Under the pieces are notes generated by a model. It had not been told where the DNA came from. It saw nothing but the letters and a program-made list of their open reading frames with translations, and did no database searches. From Candidatus Sysuiplasma jiujiangense (GTDB taxonomy: Archaea; Thermoplasmatota; Thermoplasmata; Sysuiplasmatales; Sysuiplasmataceae), in contig JAHEAD010000004.1 in the NCBI GenBank assembly GCA_019721075.1, forward strand, positions 1-64,000: a DNA stretch of 64,000 nucleotides, in the 5' to 3' direction. Positions 29,711 to 39,061 of the stretch are shown piece by piece (the stretch's first letter is position 1; each line of letters opens with the position of its first letter). The position numbers and the translations under genes were made by a program.

Positions 29711-30546
29711 TGAAAAGAGAGAACATCCGTGTCGCTGTTCTGCGAATTGAAGGGACCAATATGGAAGATGAGGCAGTTGCGGCATTCACTGCATCAGGAG
29801 TAAACGCTGAGGCCGTCCATCTGAAGCAACTGGAGGGAAGGTGCCCTTCGGTGATGCGGAGGAACCTTTCGGATTTCGCCATGCTTGTCATTCCCGGAGG
29901 TTTTTCCGCCGGTGACTATGTAAGGGCCGGTGCCATTTTCGCGGCCAGGATAAAGAGTTCAATGGCGCCTGAATTGCTTCGTTTTGTGGACGAAGGGAGA
30001 CCGGTTCTCGGCATATGCAACGGTTTCCAGGTACTCGTGGAACTGGGCCTGCTCCCGTCAGCAGGGGAGAAAGCAGAACTGCTGCCCCGGGCGGCACTTG
30101 CCACAAACATATCGACAAGGTATGAATGCAGGCCCGCCTTCCTTAAGAACGTAAAGCGGGGGCAGAGCATCTTCACCTCCAGAATCCCGGGTAATGCTGT
30201 GATTGCAGTACCGACAGCCCATGGGGAAGGCAAGATGACCTTTCCGCCCTCAAAATCGGAGGAGTGGGTTTCGAAACTTGAGGAGCTGGATGAAATTGTC
30301 TTCAGGTATGTCGACGGGAACGGTAACTTTGCCGGATATCCCTGGAATCCGAATGGAAGCGTTTACGACATTGCAGGTGTTACCGACGATACGGGATTTG
30401 TCCTCGGCATGATGCCTCATCCCGAGAGGACATACTGGCGTTATCTGCACACTGACTGGACGAGGAATCCCGAATGCGTGGAGGTGCGCGGAGACGGGAG
30501 TGCGATCATTGAATCCGCAATTTCCTACATCGAGAAGAAACTCTGA
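29710..30546 (+). CDS. purQ: FGAM synthase glutaminase subunit PurQ
   Basis: PGGFSAGDY, LGICNGFQ, AHGEG and MPHPER motifs. Confidence 0.96.
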   Translation: MKRENIRVAVLRIEGTNMEDEAVAAFTASGVNAEAVHLKQLEGRCPSVMRRNLSDFAMLVIPGGFSAGDYVRAGAIFAARIKSSMAPELLRFVDEGRPVLGICNGFQVLVELGLLPSAGEKAELLPRAALATNISTRYECRPAFLKNVKRGQSIFTSRIPGNAVIAVPTAHGEGKMTFPPSKSEEWVSKLEELDEIVFRYVDGNGNFAGYPWNPNGSVYDIAGVTDDTGFVLGMMPHPERTYWRYLHTDWTRNPECVEVRGDGSAIIESAISYIEKKL

Positions 30547-30563
30547 CCGCCCGCGAATGCCGA

Positions 30564-31223
30564 TCAGTCGACATCCACGTTCACTTCCACCATATCCCCG
30601 TCCTTGAGTGAAAGGCGGGAACGAAGGTTGTCCTTTGCTATTATTTCCATGACATCAGTATAATGCGTCCTGACCGGAAGTATGACAGAGCATTCGATTC
30701 CCTGAAGTTCCGAAAGGAAGCATTTCACGTCACCGAACGTCCTCCCCTTGCTTACAAATCCGTCTATTCTAACTCCCTGTGAGTATGTAAGGCGTTCGAA
30801 CAGCGGCATGTCAGACTGGGCAACCCTGATGTTCAGCGTACCTTCATACGGTTCGAACAGGAGCTTTCTGACAAACTGCTGTTTGTATTTCTGCTGGGAA
30901 ATATAGTACCTGCCTTCTCCGAGCCCGCTGAACACCGTGCCATGAATCTGTATCTTCCTCTCAGGTTCAAATAGCAGTTTGTACTCCAGGTATTCCTTCC
31001 TCAAGAGCTCTGTCCCCCTGTTTGATACCATGAGCCGCTGGCCCTTGTGGCCAATCTGCCTTTCGATTAGACCGTTTTCTGCCAGTTTCAGTATTATCAT
31101 GGATGCAGCCTGCTGGCTTACACCTATCGCCCTTCCCAGCTTTGCGGTGGTTATGTCCGCAAACGAATTGAGTGCCCCCATGAGTGCGAGCTGCTTGAGT
31201 GCCGGTACATGTTCTCCTCTCAT
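30564..31223 (-). CDS. ribK: CTP-dependent riboflavin kinase with N-terminal wHTH (RibK/RbkR)
   Basis: SQQAAS HTH; GTVFSGLGEGRYY, PYEGTLN and LRSRLSLKDGD motifs. Confidence 0.93.
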   Translation of the reverse strand: MRGEHVPALKQLALMGALNSFADITTAKLGRAIGVSQQAASMIILKLAENGLIERQIGHKGQRLMVSNRGTELLRKEYLEYKLLFEPERKIQIHGTVFSGLGEGRYYISQQKYKQQFVRKLLFEPYEGTLNIRVAQSDMPLFERLTYSQGVRIDGFVSKGRTFGDVKCFLSELQGIECSVILPVRTHYTDVMEIIAKDNLRSRLSLKDGDMVEVNVDVD

Positions 31224-31271
31224 TTCAGTTCACACATGCAGTTGCTGCGCTGAATTAAATCTTACTATGCT

Positions 31272-31643
31272 TCAGAGTGCTTCATCGGATCTGAAGAAAT
31301 CCAGTCTCCTCTTTCCTCTGAGAATAATCACCCGGTACCCTTTTGAGGCCAGTTCCTTTGCAAGGCGCATGTCGTTAGTCATTACCGCAAAGGCACCGAA
31401 GCGCTGTGCTGCCTCAATTATTGCGTCATCTCCCTTACTGGATGTTTCAACAGTCCTGAAATTTGAAGCAAGCCTTTCTGCCGACCTTGCCTCCTTCTTT
31501 CTGATCACCGACAGCTCTTGGATCGCAGATAACGGCACTATTATGTCATGGTCGCCTATGAGTCCATCCAGTTCCCTGTCGATATTCAGTCCGCTTTCAA
31601 AAACAGATACGATGGCGCTTGTATCAACTACGATGATCTGCAC
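31272..31643 (-). CDS. PIN-domain protein (Fcf1/Utp24-like)
   Basis: VVDTS, EL, DDAI and TND acidic motifs; conserved position after aIF2gamma. Confidence 0.85.
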   Translation of the reverse strand: MQIIVVDTSAIVSVFESGLNIDRELDGLIGDHDIIVPLSAIQELSVIRKKEARSAERLASNFRTVETSSKGDDAIIEAAQRFGAFAVMTNDMRLAKELASKGYRVIILRGKRRLDFFRSDEAL

Positions 31644-31650
31644 AATTGCA

Positions 31651-32883
31651 TCACACTACAATTCCAAAACCAATAAGCCGCCACTTCCCGGCGAATTTTC
31701 TTGATATCGCGACCCTCTGTCCCTTTTCAACGCAGACAGGTATTTTCAGGTTGAGATCACAAGTGCTGTTTCGCGCACTCGTAACCAGTCCCACAGTCGT
31801 AGAGGTTCCAAGATTCAGCATCAGCGGCTCATTTGTTTTTATGCTCTCGATCTTCTGTTCTTCCGGACTCCCGACAACTCTCTCGAGTAGATGAGCCTCC
31901 ATTGAAAAGTTCTGCAGCACTGGTGGAAGCGTTCCGGGTTTCCCTGCAATTTTGCCGACAAGGCTGTCAGACTTTGTTATCGATGGATCCAGTCTTGTTC
32001 CAACAGCTATCAGACCGCCCGGTCCGGCGGATTTGAACGTCTTGCCGCCGGAATGTATTGAGACAACTGTGGAGAATAACGGCTGCCAGGTGCTCCTGTT
32101 CCCGGTATCGATCCTCTTTCCGGGAACTATCTCGATATCATCGCCAACTGCAATTTTGCCCTGGGAAATAGTACCACCTATGACGCCTCCCTTAAGTTCT
32201 TCTATCGGCGTCCCGGGGACATTGACATCAAATGACCTTGCAATGTACATCCTTGCCGGCTTTGTAACGTCTCTTCTTGGTGTGGGAATGACTTTTTCTA
32301 TGCTCCACGCAAGGTAATCCAGATTTGTACGGTGGTGCGCGCTCACCGGAACAATGGGGGCATTTTCTGCAAACGTCCCTTTTACGAACTGTGTAATCTC
32401 GTTGTAGCTCTTTATCGCCTGTTCTTCGCTTACAATGTCTATTTTATTCTGGACAATTATTACATTTCTGACGCCTATAACGTCAAGCGCCATAAGGTGC
32501 TCCTTGGTCTGCGGCTGCGGGCATTTTTCATTTGCCGCAATGATGAGCAGTGCGCCGTCCATGATTGCTGCACCGGAAAGCATTGTCGCCATGAGCGTCT
32601 CGTGTCCCGGTGAGTCTACGAAAGATATGGAGCGGAGATACCTGACTGACTTGTCGCACTTCAGATAGCTCTCCTGTGTCGAATAGCAGTCCGGTCTTTC
32701 GCACTCCTCGCACTTGAATATGCTCGTGTCCGCATATCCAAGTTTTATGGAAATGCCCCGTTTTATCTCCTCGGAGTGCCTGTCAGTGGATTCGCCTGAA
32801 AGTGCCTTTACCAGACTTGTCTTGCCATGGTCTACATGCCCCACGAGCCCAACATTAACCTCGGGTTGACTTGGAACATGCAT
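31651..32883 (-). CDS. eif2g: Translation initiation factor 2 gamma subunit
   Basis: [28 protein letters not shown] and WRLIGFG motifs. Confidence 0.97.
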   Translation of the reverse strand: MHVPSQPEVNVGLVGHVDHGKTSLVKALSGESTDRHSEEIKRGISIKLGYADTSIFKCEECERPDCYSTQESYLKCDKSVRYLRSISFVDSPGHETLMATMLSGAAIMDGALLIIAANEKCPQPQTKEHLMALDVIGVRNVIIVQNKIDIVSEEQAIKSYNEITQFVKGTFAENAPIVPVSAHHRTNLDYLAWSIEKVIPTPRRDVTKPARMYIARSFDVNVPGTPIEELKGGVIGGTISQGKIAVGDDIEIVPGKRIDTGNRSTWQPLFSTVVSIHSGGKTFKSAGPGGLIAVGTRLDPSITKSDSLVGKIAGKPGTLPPVLQNFSMEAHLLERVVGSPEEQKIESIKTNEPLMLNLGTSTTVGLVTSARNSTCDLNLKIPVCVEKGQRVAISRKFAGKWRLIGFGIVV

Positions 32884-33275
32884 TACTTGCTCTCCTTTTT
32901 CTGCAGGATGTCAGAAATGGGAGTTGGGCCAAAAACCGTCACCTTTAGATTGAGCTGCAGCGTCGACGGAGATACAGTGTTCCCCCTCACGTTTTTCCTT
33001 TTTCTGACTCCCTTTCTGGCCGGCTTGAAACCGACGCCACCGGAAAGCATAAGTTTCCTCCTCCCCTGTCCGGGCAGGTCGTGCCTCATGGGAAAACCGT
33101 CCTTGTCAGATCCACCTGTAATCAGCAATTTGTACCCGGGCAGTTTGAAATAAATACCGTCCACTGTGTCTCCGATCTTTTTTCCGACAAGTGCAGATGT
33201 TTGTGGACCTGCAACATCAACCTGATATGACTTCCCTGTTTTTGGATCATTCACTACGGCCTTAAAATCCGCCAT
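32883..33275 (-). CDS. rps6e: 30S ribosomal protein S6e (eS6)
   Basis: [26 protein letters not shown] and RKNVRGN; start at 33275. Confidence 0.96.
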   Translation of the reverse strand: MADFKAVVNDPKTGKSYQVDVAGPQTSALVGKKIGDTVDGIYFKLPGYKLLITGGSDKDGFPMRHDLPGQGRRKLMLSGGVGFKPARKGVRKRKNVRGNTVSPSTLQLNLKVTVFGPTPISDILQKKESK

Positions 33276-33490
33276 TTGTTCTAACACCTGTTGACGCTTC
33301 AAATTTGAACACTGACTTAAACTTTTCCTTGACAGGTCCATGGCAACTGAATTCTATTGTGCCTGACTCGTGACCGGCATCCGGGGCTGCACCGGCTTTC
33401 AGAAAATTCAGGAGAAGATACTGTTTCGTCCGTTCTGTCATACTCACAGAAGGCGCTAACTTTTTGAACACACTTGGCAATGTATACCGT

Positions 33491-33745
33491 ATGGCAGATG
33501 GCCAGAAGACATTCAGGGAGCAGGTGATCGGACAGTTTTCGGCACTGACAACGGCCGCATTCGGACTGATAGCAGCCCTTGCATGGAACGGTTTTATCAC
33601 ACTGCTCTTCCAGCATCTATTCGGCACCCAGAGCTCATTGCTGCCCCTGTTTCTGTATGCTGTCTTTGTGACAGTGCTGGCTGTTATAATGAGCATACTC
33701 ATAGCAAAAGCGGCAAGGAATGCACTCAAACAGGGACAAAAGTAG
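33491..33745 (+). CDS. Small membrane protein, DUF5654-like
   Basis: LTTAAFGLIAALAWN...YAVFVT pattern. Confidence 0.8.
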   Translation: MADGQKTFREQVIGQFSALTTAAFGLIAALAWNGFITLLFQHLFGTQSSLLPLFLYAVFVTVLAVIMSILIAKAARNALKQGQK

Positions 33746-33809
33746 GAGGCGAAACCATTTATCTTTTTTTTACCGCAGACAGTCAGGGAACGTCCAGCTG
33801 CGGTCTATC

Positions 33810-35219
33810 TCACTTAGTGAATGTCGGCGCAACAACCTTTGCGCCGCTTCCCCCTTCAATCCTGCGTCTCTCAGCGATATAATATGTCAGGCCGGTAACA
33901 ATCAGTGCTACATAGTAACTTATGTCAGCACCGCCGAGGTAATTTGCCGATATGTATCCCGTATAACTCAGGTTGCTGTATCCCCAGGATATAAACGGCA
34001 CAGAGCAGAGTAAACCGAAAAGATAACTGAGCAAACCGCTCCTCCTGACTGCCGGGGCAGCTTCAACCTCCCTGTAATTTCTGTGTCCGAGGATGAAGAA
34101 ATCAATGAGAACAACCGCAAGCCATGGAGTTATCCAGTAGTCAAGCAGAAGCAGAAAGCCTTCATAAAATGATGTGAAACTGCCGGAGAGCGCTATGGTC
34201 AGGACCGAACCGATGATTCCGGACACTAATACGGCCTTCCACCTTTTAACCCTGATATCAAGAACAAGCGATGAAAGCGCACCTGTGTAAATGTTGAGAG
34301 CATTGGCTGAAAGGGTGCCCAATACGACGGCAACAAGCGCGGCAGTTCCCAGGGATCCGAGTATGTAACTGAACGAACCGATAATTCCGATGGCTGACGG
34401 ATTGGCAATGTTTCCGTAGATAAATGCTGCTATAAGTGCACCAAGCGCTTCAAACCAGAAGGACGCAATGAAACCACCCAAGAATGTGTTGGCAAATGCT
34501 TGCATCACATTCGTATCTTCCCTGAGATATCTTGAGTAATCGGAAGCATAGGGTCCCCAGCTCATAAGATATGAGAGCGATGCCCCGATGAGCAGAATCA
34601 TGCCGACCGTAAAGGACGGAACACCGGGTAATGCCGACGGATGATATAGCACAAATTTTCCAGAATGCATCATTACGATTACAGTGGCAACGGCAAAAAA
34701 CAGACCGAGCACAACAGCCATAATTTTTTCAAACTGGTGTATGAAATTATGCCCGTAAATTCCTATTGCAATCATTGCAGTGAGCAGAACAAGGGCTGAA
34801 GGAATATATCCGATGTGCAATAAATCGTTCATTGCAAATGATCCCAGAACTGCGTTTACTGTGAACCAGCCTACGGTGCTTGCCCATTGCAGCAGCGCGG
34901 GGAGGTATGCACCCCTGCGGCCAAAACTTCTTCTTGAAATAATCATCTGGGGATAGCCATATGAGGGACCGGTTGAGCTGGTGAAACCGAGCAGGACGCC
35001 TCCAATAATGTTCCCGATCAAAAGTGCAGTCAGTGAAGGCAATATCGGAAGCGAAAAAAGGGATACCGCCAGATAGCCGACAGCATAGCTGCCAATGGTA
35101 ACATTCGAAGCAAACCACAGTGTAAAAAGTCTTTTGGGATTACCATGCCGCTCCGAACCCGGAATATGCTCAATCCCGAACGGTTCCACCCTGAGTATGC
35201 TGTTTCCGTAGGAAACCAT
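33810..35219 (-). CDS. Purine/cytosine permease (NCS1 family)
   Basis: EPFGIEHIP.ERHG, LWFASN, PYASDYSRY and YWITPW; about 12 TM segments. Confidence 0.9.
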   Translation of the reverse strand: MVSYGNSILRVEPFGIEHIPGSERHGNPKRLFTLWFASNVTIGSYAVGYLAVSLFSLPILPSLTALLIGNIIGGVLLGFTSSTGPSYGYPQMIISRRSFGRRGAYLPALLQWASTVGWFTVNAVLGSFAMNDLLHIGYIPSALVLLTAMIAIGIYGHNFIHQFEKIMAVVLGLFFAVATVIVMMHSGKFVLYHPSALPGVPSFTVGMILLIGASLSYLMSWGPYASDYSRYLREDTNVMQAFANTFLGGFIASFWFEALGALIAAFIYGNIANPSAIGIIGSFSYILGSLGTAALVAVVLGTLSANALNIYTGALSSLVLDIRVKRWKAVLVSGIIGSVLTIALSGSFTSFYEGFLLLLDYWITPWLAVVLIDFFILGHRNYREVEAAPAVRRSGLLSYLFGLLCSVPFISWGYSNLSYTGYISANYLGGADISYYVALIVTGLTYYIAERRRIEGGSGAKVVAPTFTK

Positions 35220-35358
35220 TTGTCCCGATCTCTGAGAGGATCAGCAATAATGAATTAATTACACTTTCGCAATCAGCCTGCCGGCCAAACCAGTTTCCCG
35301 TGCAATCCCGCGAGCGCCTACGCCAAAGGATAAGTAGTATGTTTTGCAATCCCGGATT

Positions 35359-36354
35359 ATGAATTACAGGCGCATCGGCACGACTCCAATTAAGGTTTCC
35401 GAAATAGGCTTCGGTGCATGGTCCGTCGGTTCAAACTGGTGGGCCGAAAACAGCAGAGAGACTGAAATCAGGATGCTCAGTGCGGCCGTTGATTCAGGCG
35501 TGAATTTTTTTGACACTTCAAATGTTTATGGCGATGGGCGTAGTGAAGAGATTCTGGGGGAATTTCTGAAGGGCATGAGGGAGGATGTTGTTATTGCCTC
35601 GAAGTTCGGGTACGATGTAGATGCGCCAAGGACGGGCGGCCTGCATTCAGAGCGCCCGCAGCGCTTCGATCCTGTCTTTATGCGAAAATCACTGGATAAA
35701 TCGCTGAAGAATCTGCATACAGACTACATTGACCTCTATCAGCTGCACAATCCGAAAATGCCAGCACTGCAAAATGACGGGCTTTTCAATGAACTTCAGA
35801 AACTTGTGGATGAAAACGTCATCAGGTCGTATGGAGTGGCACTCGGACCCGCGATCGGCTGGAAGGAGGAAGGCATGTCCGCAATCAGGAACAGGCGGAT
35901 AAGCACCCTGCAGTCAGTTTACAACATACTTGAGCAGGAACCCGGCGGACAGCTCTTTTCTGAAGGAGCTTTATTTGGTGTTTCCGGGCTGGTCAGGGTT
36001 CCGCATGCATCGGGAGCGCTTGATGAACGTTACAAACCGAACGAGAAACTCAGAGCAGACGATCACAGGAACTACAGAATGAGAAAATGGCTTGAGGACA
36101 TGAAGCCATTTTCGGAGCGCCTTTCAAGAATAGCAGATGAAAACAATATGAGACTAACCCAGCTTGCCATGGCTTTTGCTCTTTCGAACGAAAACGTAGC
36201 GTCTGTGCTGCCAACATTTACCTCAGTTGATGATATCACACTGTTTATTTCGGACCGAAGCTCATCTACGCTGAGCCAGTCCGCTCTGGACAGTATAAAC
36301 AGTATTTATGAAGAGGCACGAAATGCTGCCATGGCATCTCAGTCTATACCCTGA
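35359..36354 (+). CDS. Aldo/keto reductase
   Basis: VSEIGFGAW, FFDTSNVYG, SKFG and DYIDLYQLH motifs. Confidence 0.92.
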   Translation: MNYRRIGTTPIKVSEIGFGAWSVGSNWWAENSRETEIRMLSAAVDSGVNFFDTSNVYGDGRSEEILGEFLKGMREDVVIASKFGYDVDAPRTGGLHSERPQRFDPVFMRKSLDKSLKNLHTDYIDLYQLHNPKMPALQNDGLFNELQKLVDENVIRSYGVALGPAIGWKEEGMSAIRNRRISTLQSVYNILEQEPGGQLFSEGALFGVSGLVRVPHASGALDERYKPNEKLRADDHRNYRMRKWLEDMKPFSERLSRIADENNMRLTQLAMAFALSNENVASVLPTFTSVDDITLFISDRSSSTLSQSALDSINSIYEEARNAAMASQSIP

Positions 36355-36829
36355 ATCCCGACATTTCTTCCCTGCCTGCCGCCTCGATCATTATGCACCG
36401 GTCTTGAACTGCACTAATTCCTTCGAGAGATGCCTTTGCCGCAGCCCCGTCATTCCTTATGCCAAGCTGAAGCCAGATTACGAACGGTCTTCCGGCCGAT
36501 CTTTTCATTCTTATTGCCTCATCCACAATGGCTGGGACTTCGTCCGATGGACGGAAAATATCGACAATTTCAATTTTGGATTTGAGTTCATCCGGAATTG
36601 ATGTCAGGGAAGGATACGCCTTCCTGTCAAGTACACTATCGGCCGTCGGGTTAACAGGTATTATTTCGAATCCCCTGTCAGCCAGATATTTTGCGACCAT
36701 GTGGCTGTCCTTGAAGGGATCCTTCGATAGACCGACAACTGCGACTGTCCTGTACCTCCTTAAGATTTCGTCTATTTCAGTCTCATGCATTGTTGCCCGT
36801 CCCTCACCCAACGCATACTCTGACTTCAA
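36344..36829 (-). CDS. CoA-binding protein (YccU-like)
   Basis: VAVVGLS, IPVNP, VDIFRP and WLQLGI motifs; real start may be a few codons downstream. Confidence 0.9.
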   Translation of the reverse strand: MKSEYALGEGRATMHETEIDEILRRYRTVAVVGLSKDPFKDSHMVAKYLADRGFEIIPVNPTADSVLDRKAYPSLTSIPDELKSKIEIVDIFRPSDEVPAIVDEAIRMKRSAGRPFVIWLQLGIRNDGAAAKASLEGISAVQDRCIMIEAAGREEMSGFRV

Positions 36830-36936
36830 GTTTGTCCACTTTGCATGAGCAAATCGCCAGTTGCCATCATTCAGTCTGTTTCAGGACTTCAGGGCAGGAA
36901 ACATGATTTATCATCAAACAGCTTAATGTCTGCTGC

Positions 36937-39060
36937 ATGCTTTCAAAAAGCCAGTCTCAGGAATCGCGGAACTCGAATGAAAAGGGAATTGAGTTCGCGA
37001 ATCTCATTCATCCCGGGAGTCTCGCAGTCGTGGGCGCTACTGAAACAACCGGCAGGCTCGGCAATCTTATACTGAAGTCCATTGCCGATTTCGGCTACGG
37101 AGGGAGGCTGTTTCCTGTCAACCCGAAGCATGATACCGCTTTCTCGCTGAAATGCTACCATTCAATTGCGGACGCAACAGTGGAAAACGGCCGGCCCATA
37201 GACATGGCATATCTGGCGCTTCCGGAAGAACTTGCCGGCGATGCAATCTATCAGTGCCTTTCCGCGCATGTCCGGACTATAGTGATTCTCTCGTCATCGG
37301 TAGCGGGAATTTCATCAGATACGGATGAAGAAAGAAAACTGATTCATAAAGCACGCGAATCAGGCAGCATAATTCTTGGTCCCAACTGCCTTGGAATCCA
37401 CAGCCCCTCCGGCGGTATAACGTTCAGTTCCAGGTTGAAGAACGCAGACGGTCCGTTAGTGTTCGTTTCACAGAGCGGCTCGATGTCCGAAATATTCGTT
37501 CTGTCGATGCAGGAAAGAGGGATAGGCGTTAAGGCCGCTGTGAGCACAGGCAACGAGCTTATGGTTTCCGCCGAGGATATTATTTCTTCGGCCGCTGCGA
37601 ATGCAGATGTGAGCGTAATTGCAGTCTACGCAGAACAACTCAGGAATCCTGAACAATTTGTGGATATATGCCGATCCCTGCCGGCTGATGTAACTCTCAT
37701 ACTCTACAAGGCAGGCACGACCACCTCAGGCAGGAAGGCAGCCCTCTCGCATACCGGTGCCATAGGCGGAAGTTACGAAGCCTACAGGGCAATCGCAAAA
37801 AAAGGGAATGCCGTGCTCGTGGACTCTTATGGTGCGCTAGTCGATTCGGTTATCGCAGCGTCGGCATCCCGCAGGTTTGCCGGACGCCGGATAGGTGTTA
37901 TTTCGGCGCCAGGCGGATTATGCGTGACGCTTTCCGATGCTCTTGAAAAGCATGGTTTTGAGTTGCCGAAATTTGACGGCAAGACTGTCGTCTCACTAAA
38001 AAAGCGGCTTAAGTTTAAGGGTAACCTGAGGAATCCGCTGGATCTGACTATGGCTGCAATTTCAAATCCGGATCTCTACAGGACATCTGCGTCTGAAATT
38101 GCAAGGACCCGCGATTTCGATGTGCTTGTTCTGGGCGCTCCCACTTCTTATTCAGTCATCCCCTTTGTAGAAAGGGTTGAACAGATTGCCTCGGAGACTT
38201 CTCTTCCCCTGGCTGTCGTATGGCAGGGGGATGATGATCCTGTCAGGGAAGGCACGGCCATGCTCAATCGTGCAGGAATCCCTGTGTTCGATTCCCCTGA
38301 AGCGCTTGCCTCCTCGATAGAAGTCATTGAAAATGCTGCTTCGAGGAAGAAGAGGAGAAAGTTCACTCTCAGACCGTTCTTTGGAACACACGCATATGCT
38401 GATGGCAGTCGCGGTTCCGGCGGAAGATGGCTTTCAACTGAGGAAATTGCAGAAATACTCCAGGCTTACGGCATTGGAAATTATACCGAATCAAAGGCAG
38501 ACAGCATGCGCGATGCCGTGGAAAACGCAAAGTCTGCAGGCTTTCCCGCTGTGATGAAGCTGCATTCCGATAGACTGATACACAAAACAGCTTCGGGCGG
38601 CGTCAGGATGTTTCTGAACGACGATGCTTCCGTCAGGAAGGCGTACAGGGAAATGCAGTTGACTGCCGCCCGGCTTGAACTTGCAGACTTCTACGTGACT
38701 GTTTCCAGACAGATTATCGGAGGGATCGAATTTGCCCTGGGTATGTTCAGGGGGCCCGGCAATTCTGCCGTAATGATGTTTGGCCTGGGAGGCATCCTTG
38801 TTGAATTTTCGGGTCACAAGTCGTTTGCTCTCTGTCCACTTTCACCAGTCGAAGCCCTGGAACTGATAGATGATTGTTCTCTCGGATCACTCTTCAAAGC
38901 CTACCGTGGCATCAGAAAGGCTGAACTTGCGGAGAAGTTGGTCAGTTTCTCGAAACTCGCAGCAGTGGAGGAGGATATAATCGAGATGGACGTGAATCCC
39001 CTGATTGCGGCAGAAGGCGGTTTCTATCCCGCGGACGTCAGGATATTCAGGAAAAACTGA
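36937..39060 (+). CDS. ADP-forming acyl-CoA synthetase family protein (alpha-beta fusion)
   Basis: AVVGA, GPNCLG, SQSG, SHTGA phospho-His, HKT.SGGV and EMDVNPL. Confidence 0.88.
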   Translation: MLSKSQSQESRNSNEKGIEFANLIHPGSLAVVGATETTGRLGNLILKSIADFGYGGRLFPVNPKHDTAFSLKCYHSIADATVENGRPIDMAYLALPEELAGDAIYQCLSAHVRTIVILSSSVAGISSDTDEERKLIHKARESGSIILGPNCLGIHSPSGGITFSSRLKNADGPLVFVSQSGSMSEIFVLSMQERGIGVKAAVSTGNELMVSAEDIISSAAANADVSVIAVYAEQLRNPEQFVDICRSLPADVTLILYKAGTTTSGRKAALSHTGAIGGSYEAYRAIAKKGNAVLVDSYGALVDSVIAASASRRFAGRRIGVISAPGGLCVTLSDALEKHGFELPKFDGKTVVSLKKRLKFKGNLRNPLDLTMAAISNPDLYRTSASEIARTRDFDVLVLGAPTSYSVIPFVERVEQIASETSLPLAVVWQGDDDPVREGTAMLNRAGIPVFDSPEALASSIEVIENAASRKKRRKFTLRPFFGTHAYADGSRGSGGRWLSTEEIAEILQAYGIGNYTESKADSMRDAVENAKSAGFPAVMKLHSDRLIHKTASGGVRMFLNDDASVRKAYREMQLTAARLELADFYVTVSRQIIGGIEFALGMFRGPGNSAVMMFGLGGILVEFSGHKSFALCPLSPVEALELIDDCSLGSLFKAYRGIRKAELAEKLVSFSKLAAVEEDIIEMDVNPLIAAEGGFYPADVRIFRKN

Positions 39061-39061
39061 A

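Noticed and set aside
30979..31704. 241-aa plus-strand ORF
   Set aside because: Antisense shadow of ribK and the PIN gene; no motifs.
33355..33420. Hairpin resembling an H/ACA guide RNA upstream of rps6e
   Set aside because: No K-turn motif and no correctly placed ACA box.
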